A stretch of 64,000 bases of DNA from Myxococcales bacterium (GTDB lineage: Bacteria; Myxococcota; Myxococcia; Myxococcales; 40CM-4-68-19): positions 192 through 64,191 of the forward strand of contig DATFTN010000159.1 in assembly GCA_035261845.1 (NCBI GenBank), in the 5' to 3' direction. The notes below the pieces were generated by a model. The model saw only the letters and a program-made list of their open reading frames with translations. It ran no database searches and was not told where the DNA came from. The position numbers were made by a program, and so were the translations under genes. Shown one piece after another: positions 34,378 to 43,578 of this stretch; position 1 is the stretch's first letter, and every line of letters begins with the position of its first letter.

Positions 34378-36000
34378 TCAGTGGAGCAAGAATCCGCGGA
34401 CGACCGGATTGTCGACCAGCCCCGGCACCAGGTTGGCCGCGTTCGATTCGGCGATCGGCATCAGGCGCGCTCCCCAGAGCGGGTTGAAGAAGTTCGGCAC
34501 CTCGCGCCAGTCGCCCGGGCGGTGGTAGTACGCCTGCGCCGCGGCGAAGGCGGTGAACCCCTCGGGCAAGAGAGGCAGCCCCGCCGCGCGGCCGTCTCCG
34601 CCGGCGGCGAAGGAGAAATCCGTCGCTCCGGCGCCCGCGCCGCCCATGTCCATCCCGAATCGGCGGCCGAAGTACTGGCGAGCTCCGGGCTCGCGGTCGT
34701 GGTCGGGGGCGCGTCGGACCAGTCCGACCAGCACGTCGGGTTGCGCGAAATTGCCCAGCTGCCCGAGCGCCCCGCCCGGACGCGAGCGGGCCTGCGGAGC
34801 GAACGAAACGTAAGGCGAGAGCCAGAACAGGCGCACGTTGGGGTTGGGCCGCGTCCGCGCCGCCGCTCGCGAGACGCCGGAGAGCACGCCGCGCAGGATG
34901 TAGCCGAGGATGCGGCCGAGCAGCCCGCCCCGTTTCTGCCCGACCTCGAAATCGGACCACTTGCCGGGCCGCAGGCTGGCGAACACCTGGTCCATGGTGG
35001 CCAGCTGGAAGACGCTGTATCGCTTGTCGATCGGACCGCACCGGACGCCGAGCTGCAGGCGCTGAGCGGAGTAGACCTGGGATTGCGAGGCGGCCCTTGC
35101 CCGCGATGCGCTGGCCGGCGGAGGCGGACCGCCCAGCTCGGTCCGCGAAACGATCTGGAAGCCGATGTGGCCGCGGAAGATGGGGCATCCGACCTGCCAG
35201 GCGGCGTGGCGCGCCAGAGGCGATCTGGACGGGTCGTTCCACCTGTCTCCGTAGGCCACCCAAGGGTGGCGCGCGGAGTTGGCGATCTCGATCATGTGCG
35301 CGCGCGCCAGTTGCACCGCTTCGTCCTTGTCGTTGAGCAGGACCTTCGCGGAGTCGGCGGCGTCCTCGAGGAGCAGAGGCTTGCCGCGCGTCCGGGCGAA
35401 GACCGCCTGATTCGCGGCGTGCACCAGGCCCGGCCAGATCTCCTGGTACGGCGCGGCCGCCGAGTCGCCCGAGTGCGCCTCGGGCGGAAGCCGCGAGAGC
35501 CTGCCTCCTCCCGGTGCTCCGACCGAGAGCCAGGCCCCTTCCTGGAGCGTGTAGAGCACGACGTTCGCCGCCGAGACGAGCGGCGTCATCACGGCCACCG
35601 CCGAGTCCAACAGGACCAGGAGCCCGCGAAAGGCCTCCTGGAGGGCGGCGAACACGGGCCCGGCGTAGGGCACGTTCCGCAGCACCGAAAGGATCGGGGC
35701 GATCGCCGCCCAGAGGAAATGGACCCAGGTGAGGTACGCCGCCGCGGCCATGATCGACGCGTAGTGCACGACCATGGCGCGGTTCGTGTAGGCGGTGAAA
35801 TTCAGCACCCGCGCCTCGACCGCGGCCTGGCTGTACGCGGCCGCGTCGGCCGCCGTCTGCAGCTGCACCTTCGCGTAGACCGCGCGCCCCAGGTTCACCG
35901 TCGAGAGCACGCAGAGCATCAGCACCAGCCCGAAGATCGCCCCGAGCACCAGCACCTGCCCCTCCTCGTCGCGCCGCAGCCGGTGGAAGAGCAGGATCAC
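34378..36000 (-). CDS. TadG-like (Tad/Flp pilus-assembly TadE/G-like N-terminal domain) membrane protein
   Basis: N-terminus RRDEEGQVLVLGAIFGLVLMLCVLSTVNLGRAVYAKVQLQTAADAAA matches the TadG-type pattern. GTG at 36000 overlaps the upstream stop (GTGA), with an alternative GTG at 36012. Confidence 0.7.
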   Translation of the reverse strand: MILLFHRLRRDEEGQVLVLGAIFGLVLMLCVLSTVNLGRAVYAKVQLQTAADAAAYSQAAVEARVLNFTAYTNRAMVVHYASIMAAAAYLTWVHFLWAAIAPILSVLRNVPYAGPVFAALQEAFRGLLVLLDSAVAVMTPLVSAANVVLYTLQEGAWLSVGAPGGGRLSRLPPEAHSGDSAAAPYQEIWPGLVHAANQAVFARTRGKPLLLEDAADSAKVLLNDKDEAVQLARAHMIEIANSARHPWVAYGDRWNDPSRSPLARHAAWQVGCPIFRGHIGFQIVSRTELGGPPPPASASRARAASQSQVYSAQRLQLGVRCGPIDKRYSVFQLATMDQVFASLRPGKWSDFEVGQKRGGLLGRILGYILRGVLSGVSRAAARTRPNPNVRLFWLSPYVSFAPQARSRPGGALGQLGNFAQPDVLVGLVRRAPDHDREPGARQYFGRRFGMDMGGAGAGATDFSFAAGGDGRAAGLPLLPEGFTAFAAAQAYYHRPGDWREVPNFFNPLWGARLMPIAESNAANLVPGLVDNPVVRGFLLH

Positions 36001-36713
36001 GGCGCCGCCCACCGCAGGAAGGGGTTCGACTGCATCCGCATGGTGTGGAAGGCCTGCACGGGCACGAGATACCGGCCTTGCTTGCCGGCGAGCGCCAGCG
36101 AGGCGAAATCGAGCCCGCCCCGGGCGCCGTCCTCGACGCCCCGCCCGCCCCGGCTGGCGAGCCAGAGCGAATGGATCAGCTTGTTCGCCAGCGGCACGCG
36201 CAGCTCGACCAGGTAGCGCACCTGGATGGACAAGAGGCTGGCGTCGACCGCCTTCGGCCGGACGTCGTCGAAATCGATCTCCCGGCCGCCCAGGTGCTGC
36301 CCGAAGCGCTGGAAGTCTCCGCGCCGCGGGTTCAGCACGGTCACCTGGACCAGGGGCAGCCCGAGCGCCCGCAGCGCGGCCTCGCGCGCGCGGAAGGAGG
36401 CGAAGGTGCGGGCGAAGGCGCCCAGGCCGTCGGCCGGGCCCTGGCTGGACGCGAGGGAGAGCGCCGCCGCATCGTGCATCGGGCCGTCGGTGCCGTCGCG
36501 GCCGTCGTTTCCGTTCAGCACGGCGCCGGCGCGGGCCGCGCTGAACGCGGCGTACTCGACCAGGAGGCGCGCCCGCTGCAGCTGGGTGATCTGGATGGCG
36601 CACAGGATCAGCACCACCGTCAGCGGCAGCGCGAACGCCGCCTCGACCAACGCCTGACCGCCCTCCCCGCCCATCGCCCGGCCATTCCGCCACGCCGCGG
36701 CCGCGCCGCCCAT
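35997..36713 (-). CDS. TadE-like pseudopilin
   Basis: Contains ...MGGEGG-QALVEAAFALPLTVVLILCAIQ. Start is ATG 36713 or ATG 36674. Confidence 0.7.
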   Translation of the reverse strand: MGGAAAAWRNGRAMGGEGGQALVEAAFALPLTVVLILCAIQITQLQRARLLVEYAAFSAARAGAVLNGNDGRDGTDGPMHDAAALSLASSQGPADGLGAFARTFASFRAREAALRALGLPLVQVTVLNPRRGDFQRFGQHLGGREIDFDDVRPKAVDASLLSIQVRYLVELRVPLANKLIHSLWLASRGGRGVEDGARGGLDFASLALAGKQGRYLVPVQAFHTMRMQSNPFLRWAAP

Positions 36714-36791
36714 CGGTCATCGGGAGGGCGCCGCCCGCGTGCGCCGCTTCGCTTGACCCGCGCGCCCCGCCCATGCACCCTCGCGCCCTGC

Positions 36792-36865
36792 TGGGGCGTC
36801 GTCTAAAGGCAGGACATGGGACTTTGAATCCCATTATGATGGTTCGAATCCATCCGCCCCAACCA
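36792..36865 (+). tRNA. tRNA-Gln (anticodon UUG), CCA encoded
   Basis: Manual cloverleaf fold. Acceptor stem TGGGGCG/CGCCCCA, 3-bp D stem GTC/GAC, anticodon stem TGGGA/TCCCA with loop CTTTGAA, T arm GATGG-TTCGAAT-CCATC, discriminator A plus CCA. Layout parallels E. coli tRNA-Gln. Confidence 0.9.
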
Positions 36866-36883
36866 TCGCCTGCGAGGTGGACC

Positions 36884-37873
36884 ATGGTTCGGCTGAGCGG
36901 GCCCCTGATCGCATTCGGGATGATCGTTTCCGCGCCGGCCCGCGCGGAGAAGATCACCATCATGGTGGGCGGGATCGAGAAGCAGATCTACTTGCCGGCG
37001 AAGCTTGCGGAGCAGCTTGGGTACTTCAAGGAGCAGGGGCTCGAGGTGGAGCTGCTCAGCGAGCCCGCCGGTGTGCAGGCGGAGAACGCGATGCTGGCGG
37101 GCGAGGTGCAGGGGGTGGTCGGCTTCTACGACCATTCGATCGACCTGCAGTCCAAGGGCAAGTTCGTGGAATCCATCGTCCAGTTCAGCCAGGCGCCGGG
37201 CGAGGTGGAGCTGGTCTCGGCGAAAATCGCGGACAAGGTGCGCTCGCCGGCGGACTTCAAGGGCAGGCACCTGGGTGTCACCGGGCTGGGGTCCTCCACC
37301 AGCTTCCTCACCCAGTACCTGGCGGTGAGGAACGGGGTGAAGGTCGGCGAGTTCGTCATGGTGCCGGTGGGAGCGGGCAGCACCTTCATCGCGGCCATCC
37401 AGCAGGGGAAGATCGACGCGGGCATGACGACCGAGCCGACCGTCTCGCGCCTGCTCAAGACGGGCGAGGCGAAGGTGCTGGTGGATCTCCGCTCGCCGGC
37501 GACGACCGCCGCGGCGCTGGGCGGGCCCTACCCCGCCGCGTGCCTGTACGCGCAAACCTCCTGGGTCGACAAGCACAAGCCCGAAGTACAGAAGCTCGCC
37601 AACGCGCTGGTCAAGACGCTGCGCTTCATCCACGACCACCCGGCCGCGGAGATCGCCGACAAGATGCCGAAGGACTACTACGCCGGCGACAAGGAGATGT
37701 ACGTGCGCGCGCTGGCGGACGGCAAGGTCATGTTCACGGCGGACGGCGTGATGCCCGACAAGGGACCGGAGACGGTCCTCCAGGTCCTCGCCCTCTCCAA
37801 CAAGGCGCTGCAGGGCAACAAGGTCGACCTCGCCAAGACCTACACCACCGAGTTCGCCAAGGCAGCCAAGTAG
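36884..37873 (+). CDS. ABC transporter substrate-binding protein (NMT1/THI5-like, nitrate/sulfonate/taurine family)
   Basis: ATG at 36884 after GAGGTGG. Signal peptide present. Family call rests on the overall sequence pattern, for example GYFKEQGLEVEL. Confidence 0.85.
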   Translation: MVRLSGPLIAFGMIVSAPARAEKITIMVGGIEKQIYLPAKLAEQLGYFKEQGLEVELLSEPAGVQAENAMLAGEVQGVVGFYDHSIDLQSKGKFVESIVQFSQAPGEVELVSAKIADKVRSPADFKGRHLGVTGLGSSTSFLTQYLAVRNGVKVGEFVMVPVGAGSTFIAAIQQGKIDAGMTTEPTVSRLLKTGEAKVLVDLRSPATTAAALGGPYPAACLYAQTSWVDKHKPEVQKLANALVKTLRFIHDHPAAEIADKMPKDYYAGDKEMYVRALADGKVMFTADGVMPDKGPETVLQVLALSNKALQGNKVDLAKTYTTEFAKAAK

Positions 37874-37875
37874 CC

Positions 37876-38688
37876 GTGGCCGAGGGCGCTCCCAGCATCG
37901 AGCTGCGGCGCGCGACCCGGAGCTTCACCACTCCGACGGGGGCCAGGCTGACGGCCATCCGCGACGTCGACTTGACCGTCCGTGCGGGCGAGTTCTGCGC
38001 GGTAGTGGGGCCGACCGGATGCGGAAAGTCGACCACGCTGTCGCTCATCTCCGGGCTCGCGCCTCCCAGCTCGGGCGAGGTGTTCGTCCTGGGGAAGCCG
38101 GTCATCGGTGTCGATCGGCGGGTGGGATTCGTCTTCCAGAACGACGCGCTCTTCCCCTGGCGGAGCGTGCTCGACAACGTGGCCGCAGGGCCGATCTTCC
38201 GCGGCATGCCGCAGAAGGAGGCGCTCAAACGCGCTGCGGACTGGGTGCGTCGAGTGGGCCTCTCACGGTTCGAGCGCCATCATCCGCACCAGCTCTCCGG
38301 CGGGATGCGCAAGCGCGTGGCGCTGGCGCAGACGATGATCAACGAGCCCTCCATCCTCCTCATGGACGAGCCGTTCAGCGCCCTCGACGTGCAGACCCGG
38401 GTGCTGATGCAGGACGAGCTGCTGCAGCTCTGGTCCACCGCCCGGGCCTCGGTGGTCTTCGTCACGCACGATCTCGAGGAGGCCATCGCGCTCGCGGACC
38501 GGGTGGTGGTCATGACCGCGGGCCCCGCCACGGTGAAGTCGACTTACGCGATCGATCTGCCGCGGCCGCGCGTCACCTCGGAGATCCGCTTCGAGCCCCG
38601 CTTCGTCGAGCTGTCGCGGCTCATCTGGAACGACCTGCGCGAGGAAGTGATGGTGAGCCATCGCCGGGCCGCCGGAGCGGCGGCATGA
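37876..38688 (+). CDS. ABC transporter ATP-binding protein
   Basis: GTG at 37876. Walker A GPTGCGKST, signature LSGGMRKR, Walker B LLMDEPF. Confidence 0.92.
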   Translation: MAEGAPSIELRRATRSFTTPTGARLTAIRDVDLTVRAGEFCAVVGPTGCGKSTTLSLISGLAPPSSGEVFVLGKPVIGVDRRVGFVFQNDALFPWRSVLDNVAAGPIFRGMPQKEALKRAADWVRRVGLSRFERHHPHQLSGGMRKRVALAQTMINEPSILLMDEPFSALDVQTRVLMQDELLQLWSTARASVVFVTHDLEEAIALADRVVVMTAGPATVKSTYAIDLPRPRVTSEIRFEPRFVELSRLIWNDLREEVMVSHRRAAGAAA

Positions 38689-39536
38689 CCGAGGCGCGCG
38701 TCGCCGAGGCGAAACCGGCCGCTCCGGCGGCCGTACGGCGGTCGTCGCACCGCCGCCGCCTGGTGGTGGCCCTGCAGGTCGCGGTCCTGGCGCTGGTGCT
38801 CGGAACGTGGGAGCTGTGCGCCCGCACCGGCATCGTCGATCCGTTCTTCTTCGGCAAGCCCTCCGGAATCGTCCAGCAGATCCGCGAGTGGATGGCGGAG
38901 GGGACCTCGCTGGGCCCGCTCTGGGTGCAGGTGCTGGTGACGCTGGAGGAGACCCTGCTCGGCTTCGGCATCGGCGCCCTGCTCGGTGTCGTCTTCGGGG
39001 TGGCGCTGGGGCGCAACCGGCTGCTCGCCGACGTGTTCGACATCTACGTCAAGATCGCGAACTCCATCCCGCGCGTCGTACTCGGGTCGATCTTCGTCGT
39101 CGCGCTCGGGTTGGGGATGCCGTCCAAGGTGGCGCTGGGCGTGGTGATGGTCTTCTTCGTGGTGTTCGGCAACGCCTTCCAGGGCGTCCGCGAGGCGGAC
39201 CGCAACCTGATCGCCAACGCTCGCCTCCTGGGCGCCTCGCCGCGCCAGGTGACCTGGTCGGTGATCATGCCCTCAGCGCTGGGCTGGATCCTCGCCAGCC
39301 TGCACGTGAGCTTCGGCTTCGCCCTGGTCGGCGCCGTGGTCGGAGAGTTCCTCGGGGCGCGCCAGGGCATCGGCCTCTTGATCGCCACCGCTCAGGGCGC
39401 CTTCAACGCCAACGGCGTGTTCGCGGCCATGTTCATCCTGGCGGTGGTCGCGCTCGCCGCCGAGTCGCTGATCACGCTCGCCGAGAATCGGCTGCTCAAG
39501 TGGCGGCCGAACCAGGGCCCCGAGACCGGATTCTGA
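38685..39536 (+). CDS. ABC transporter permease
   Basis: ATGA overlap with the ATPase gene. Six hydrophobic helices typical of the BPD-transporter family. Confidence 0.9.
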   Translation: MTEARVAEAKPAAPAAVRRSSHRRRLVVALQVAVLALVLGTWELCARTGIVDPFFFGKPSGIVQQIREWMAEGTSLGPLWVQVLVTLEETLLGFGIGALLGVVFGVALGRNRLLADVFDIYVKIANSIPRVVLGSIFVVALGLGMPSKVALGVVMVFFVVFGNAFQGVREADRNLIANARLLGASPRQVTWSVIMPSALGWILASLHVSFGFALVGAVVGEFLGARQGIGLLIATAQGAFNANGVFAAMFILAVVALAAESLITLAENRLLKWRPNQGPETGF

Positions 39537-39573
39537 TCGCCTGGGCGTCCAGGTAGTGTAGATCGGCGGCCTC

Positions 39574-40683
39574 ATGGGTCTGTCGATCGGCATCGTCGGG
39601 CTGCCCAACGTGGGCAAGAGCACCCTGTTCAACGCGCTCAGCGGAGCGAGCGTGCTGGCGGCGAACTATCCTTTCGCCACCAAGGATCCCAACGTGGGCG
39701 TGGTTCCTGTGCCCGACGAGCGTCTGGACAAGCTGTCGGCGCTCTTCGAGCCGAAAAAGAGCACCCACGCGGCGCTGGAGTTCGTCGACATCGCGGGCCT
39801 GGTCCGGGGGGCCTCCAGGGGCGAGGGGCTGGGCAACCAGTTCCTTGCCAACATCCGCGAGGTCGACGCCGTCGCGCACGTCCTGCGCTGCTTCGACGAT
39901 CCCGACGTGGTGCACGTGGACGGCGCGGTGGATCCGGAGCGCGACCGCGAGGTGGTCGAGACCGAGCTGGCCTTGAAGGACCTCGAGACGCTGGAAAAGA
40001 AGCGCGAGCGCCGGGCCAAGGACGCCAAGGCGCCGGGAAAGCCCGGCGAGGAGGCCAAGGCCGACCTGCAGCTCTACGAGAAGCTGAAGGCCGCGCTCGA
40101 CTCAGGGAGGCCCGCCCGCAGCGTTCCGCTCTCCGACGAGGAGGAGCCGCGGGTGCGAGAGCTGTTTCTCCTCACCAAGAAGCCGGTCTTGTACGTTGCG
40201 AACGTGGACGAAGGGCAGCTGCAGCGGCTCGACACCGACCCGCAAGTGCGGAAGGTGGCGGCGCTGGCCGAACGCGAAGGAGCGCGCTGGGTCGCCATCT
40301 GCAGCAAGGCGGAAGCGGAGATCCAGCAGCTTCCGCCGGGCGAACGCGCGGAATTCCTCGCCCACCTCGGGCTGTCGGAGCCCGGGCTGAACAAGCTGGC
40401 CCGCGCCGGGTTCGAGCTGCTCGGGCTGCACAGCTACTTCACCGTCGGCGAGGACGAATGCCGCGCCTGGGTCATCCGGAAGGGCACCCGCGCACCCCAG
40501 GCGGCCGGGGCGATCCACACCGATTTCGAGCGAGGCTTCATCAAGGCGGAAGTGATCCGCTGGGACGAGCTGCTCCGCTACGGCAGCGAATCGGCGGCAC
40601 GGGCGAAGGGCGCACTGCGCGTCGAAGGAAAGGAGTACGTCGTGCAGGACGGCGACGTCATCCATTTCTTGTTCAACGTCTGA
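39574..40683 (+). CDS. ychF: ribosome-binding ATPase YchF
   Basis: G1 motif [14 protein letters not shown] and C-terminal TGS-like [18 protein letters not shown]. Confidence 0.95.
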   Translation: MGLSIGIVGLPNVGKSTLFNALSGASVLAANYPFATKDPNVGVVPVPDERLDKLSALFEPKKSTHAALEFVDIAGLVRGASRGEGLGNQFLANIREVDAVAHVLRCFDDPDVVHVDGAVDPERDREVVETELALKDLETLEKKRERRAKDAKAPGKPGEEAKADLQLYEKLKAALDSGRPARSVPLSDEEEPRVRELFLLTKKPVLYVANVDEGQLQRLDTDPQVRKVAALAEREGARWVAICSKAEAEIQQLPPGERAEFLAHLGLSEPGLNKLARAGFELLGLHSYFTVGEDECRAWVIRKGTRAPQAAGAIHTDFERGFIKAEVIRWDELLRYGSESAARAKGALRVEGKEYVVQDGDVIHFLFNV

Positions 40684-40863
40684 TCGGGCAGCGGCAGTCG
40701 TGACACCGCAAGCGGCCCCTTGCCATGTAGGAGGAGGTCGCCTTCCCACGCCGTGCAAGGGCCCCTCTCCGGCCGGCGAGCGATGAAGTTGACCATAGTT
40801 CCAGCGCGGTGCTAGCGATCGAACCCGGACATCCTCACGCACTCGAACCCGCCGGAAAAAACA

Positions 40864-41859
40864 ATGACCTCGCCCGTTCGCAGCGCCCGCGCCGCCTGCG
40901 CGCTCCCGTTCCTACTGCTCTGCGCCTGTGGATCGGTGCCGGTGCGCGTGCCGGTCACGCGCCCGGCGGAGATCAACATGGTCGCCTACCAGACCGTCGC
41001 GGTGGGCGAGATGCGCGGCCGCGGCAACGTCGTCATGGGCAACGCGTTGGAGGAGGCGCTGCTCGGAACCGGCCGCTTCTCGGTCCTCGACCGGCAGCAC
41101 ATGAACTCCATCATGCGCGAGCTGTCGCTCTCGGCCAGCGACCTGGCCGATCCGAGCAATGCCGCGAAGCTCGGCAAGGTGATGAGCGCGGGCGCTCTCA
41201 TCTACGGCGACGTGGACGAGCAGTACCGCGAGGTCCCCTCCGAGGACCGGATCAGGAACAAGGACAATACGGTGACGATCATCTTCAAGCTGCGCGGCGA
41301 GATGCGGACCCGCGCGACCTTCAAGATCGTCGACGTGGCCACCGGCCGGCTGATCATCGCCAAGACCTACGAGGAGCGGCGCGACGACACCAACACCGGG
41401 GTCAACCAGCGCCCCGATCCGATCGACGTCGAGGGACTGGCGCGCTCGGCCCGCCGGGGCGTGATCGACCGGTTCATGCGCGCCATCGTCCCGCACCAGG
41501 AATACGTGACGGCGAACTTCCAGAAGGACTCGGACATCCCGCAGCTCGAGGGAGGCATCGGCTGGGCGGAGCGCGGCGACTGGAAGAAGGCCCAGGCGAC
41601 CTTCTCCCAGGCGATCGCCGACGGGCAGAAGAACCCGAAGATCAAGAGCGACCAGCTCGCCAAGGCGTACTGGAACCTGGGCCTCGCCTACGAGTACGCC
41701 GGCGACTACGACAACGCCACCGCCACCGTGCAGAAGGCGTACGAGCTGACCAACGACAAGGACCTGCTGCGCGAGCTGGACAACATCAGGCGCTTGCAGG
41801 ACGAGGCGAAGCGCGTCTCCGAGCAGACCGCGGCGCCCGGGGCGATTGGTGTCAATTAG
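40864..41859 (+). CDS. lipoprotein with CsgG/LpoB-like domain and C-terminal TPR-like region
   Basis: Lipobox FLLLCACG. ALLGTGRFSVLDRQHMNSIMRELSLSASDL...LGKVMSAGALIYGDV and FKIVDVATGRLI match the CsgG-family pattern. Confidence 0.65.
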   Translation: MTSPVRSARAACALPFLLLCACGSVPVRVPVTRPAEINMVAYQTVAVGEMRGRGNVVMGNALEEALLGTGRFSVLDRQHMNSIMRELSLSASDLADPSNAAKLGKVMSAGALIYGDVDEQYREVPSEDRIRNKDNTVTIIFKLRGEMRTRATFKIVDVATGRLIIAKTYEERRDDTNTGVNQRPDPIDVEGLARSARRGVIDRFMRAIVPHQEYVTANFQKDSDIPQLEGGIGWAERGDWKKAQATFSQAIADGQKNPKIKSDQLAKAYWNLGLAYEYAGDYDNATATVQKAYELTNDKDLLRELDNIRRLQDEAKRVSEQTAAPGAIGVN

Positions 41860-42955
41860 CGCCCGACCCTTCCGCGGCGGCTCCGCGCCCACCGCCCTGG
41901 CGATCCTGTGCGCTTGCGCCGCCGAGGCGCCCGCGGTGGTGAAGACGGCCTCCTCGCCCAGGCCGCCGGCCTGGATGGTGAAAGTGCCGCAGGAAGGCGA
42001 CACCCTGTACTTCTCCGGGGCCCGCGAAGGCGCCGGCTCCCTCGAGGAAGGCACCGACGCGGCGATGCAGGTCGCCCGCGCCCACGCGGCCGAGTACATC
42101 GGCGTGGACGTCTCCTCCGAGCACAAGGATGTGATGTCCACCGACCTCGGGTCGGACCGCGTGCAGGACACTGTGAAGGGGCGCGCCACCGCGCTCGTCC
42201 GCGGGGCCCGCATGGCCGACGTGTACTACGAGAAGTTCTCGCGCAAGGCGGGCGCCACCGTCATCGACACCTTCGACGTCTGGGTGCTCATCAAGCTCTC
42301 GCGCGCGGACCTCGAAGCGGAGCGGGTGCGCCAAGAGGACGAGCAGAAGCAGACCGCCCTGGCGGCCCTTTCCCGGATGCGCGAGGCGCAGGCGCAGGAG
42401 CGGCAGGGCAACGTGCTCGCCGCGCTGGTTCGCTACCGCGACGTGGCGGCCCAGACGCGGTCCCTGCCCCAGCAGATCGAGCTCGGAGATCCCCAGCTGC
42501 GCACTTCGGGACAGCTCCGCCAGGCGGCGGAGGACGCGGTCGCCAAGGCGCAGGCCAAGGCCCGCCGGGCGGTGCTGGTCGCGCCGGAGTGGGTCATGGG
42601 CGCGGTCGCACAGGCGCTGTCTTCCAAGGGTTTCACGGCCATCACCGAACCCAGCGGCTCCGAGCAGCAGGCGCTCGACACGGCGCGTGCCCAGGGGATG
42701 CCGTGGGTGATCGTGGTGAAAGGGAACTCCGTGCCGGGCGGACGCGTGCTCAGCCAGGTGGCCGCCACCGCCTCGCTGGACGTCCGGGCTCTGGAGAGCC
42801 AGAGCGGCGCCGTGGTCGCCTCGTCGGTGAAGCAGACCAAAGGGTTCGGGCGCACCCCGCAAGCGGCGCAGCAGGCGGCGGCCAACGAGGCCGGCATCGC
42901 CGCCGGCACGGATCTCGCGGCAGCGCTGGTGGCGAAGGAGAACGCAGGTCTCTGA
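41846..42955 (+). CDS. lipoprotein, N-terminal LPP20-like domain plus second alpha/beta domain
   Basis: The TTG start overlaps the upstream gene by 14 nt. Lipobox AILCACA. PPAWMVKVP...LYFSGA...AMQVARAHAAEYIG has the LPP20-like layout. Confidence 0.55.
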   Translation: MVSISARPFRGGSAPTALAILCACAAEAPAVVKTASSPRPPAWMVKVPQEGDTLYFSGAREGAGSLEEGTDAAMQVARAHAAEYIGVDVSSEHKDVMSTDLGSDRVQDTVKGRATALVRGARMADVYYEKFSRKAGATVIDTFDVWVLIKLSRADLEAERVRQEDEQKQTALAALSRMREAQAQERQGNVLAALVRYRDVAAQTRSLPQQIELGDPQLRTSGQLRQAAEDAVAKAQAKARRAVLVAPEWVMGAVAQALSSKGFTAITEPSGSEQQALDTARAQGMPWVIVVKGNSVPGGRVLSQVAATASLDVRALESQSGAVVASSVKQTKGFGRTPQAAQQAAANEAGIAAGTDLAAALVAKENAGL

Positions 42956-42996
42956 ATCTCATCGCGGGCCTTGGGCGCGCCGCGACTACACGGAGG

Positions 42997-43572
42997 ATGG
43001 ACGTGAAGAAGGTCATCGGGATGGCAGCGGTCGCCGCGGCGCTGTTCGCTTGCGGCGGAGAGAAGAAGCCGGAGATGTCGAACCAGATCCTGCACGCCAA
43101 CGGCCCCGACTGGGTCAACCGCGGGTCGGGCGCGTTCGGCGGCGAGAAGGGCAAGAACTTCTACGGGGTGGGGATCGCGAGCGGCATCCGCAACGCGGCG
43201 CTGCGCAGGTCCACCGCCGACTCGCGCGCGCGCAGCGAGATCGCCAAGACGCTCGACACCTACGTGGCCGTGCTGAACAAGGACTACCAGGCCTCGACCA
43301 CCGCCGGTGACATGAGCGCCTCGAACGAGGAGCAGCACGTCCAGCAGGCGCTGAAGACGTACTCGCAGATGGAGCTGTCCGGCGTCCTGATCGTCGACCA
43401 CTGGGTGGACACCGACGGGACCGAGTATTCGCTGGCGCAGCTGGACATGGAGACCTTCAAGAACAACCTGGACAAGATGAAGGAGCTGAACGCGAAGGTC
43501 CGCGACACGGTGCGCGCCAACGCGGACAAGGCGTTCGACGAGCTGTCGGCCGAGGAGGCCAAGCGCCAGTAG
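42997..43572 (+). CDS. LPP20-family lipoprotein
   Basis: ATG at 42997 immediately after GGAGG. Lipobox ALFACGG. GPDWVNRGSGAF...FYGVGIA...ADSRARSEIAKTL is the LPP20 pattern. Confidence 0.7.
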   Translation: MDVKKVIGMAAVAAALFACGGEKKPEMSNQILHANGPDWVNRGSGAFGGEKGKNFYGVGIASGIRNAALRRSTADSRARSEIAKTLDTYVAVLNKDYQASTTAGDMSASNEEQHVQQALKTYSQMELSGVLIVDHWVDTDGTEYSLAQLDMETFKNNLDKMKELNAKVRDTVRANADKAFDELSAEEAKRQ

Positions 43573-43578
43573 ATCGGC

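Noticed and set aside
32207-36865. Hypothesis that the Tad-like module is a genomic island integrated at tRNA-Gln
   Set aside because: The module lies on the 5' side of the tRNA rather than its 3' end. No integrase is present, I could not see a direct repeat of the tRNA 3' end, and GC content and codon style look native.
40684-40863. 180-bp ychF-lipoprotein spacer with an imperfect hairpin (GGCCCCTTGC ... GCAAGGGCC)
   Set aside because: The stem is bulged with a ~33-nt loop and no U-tract. I found no repeat or motif match elsewhere in the window.
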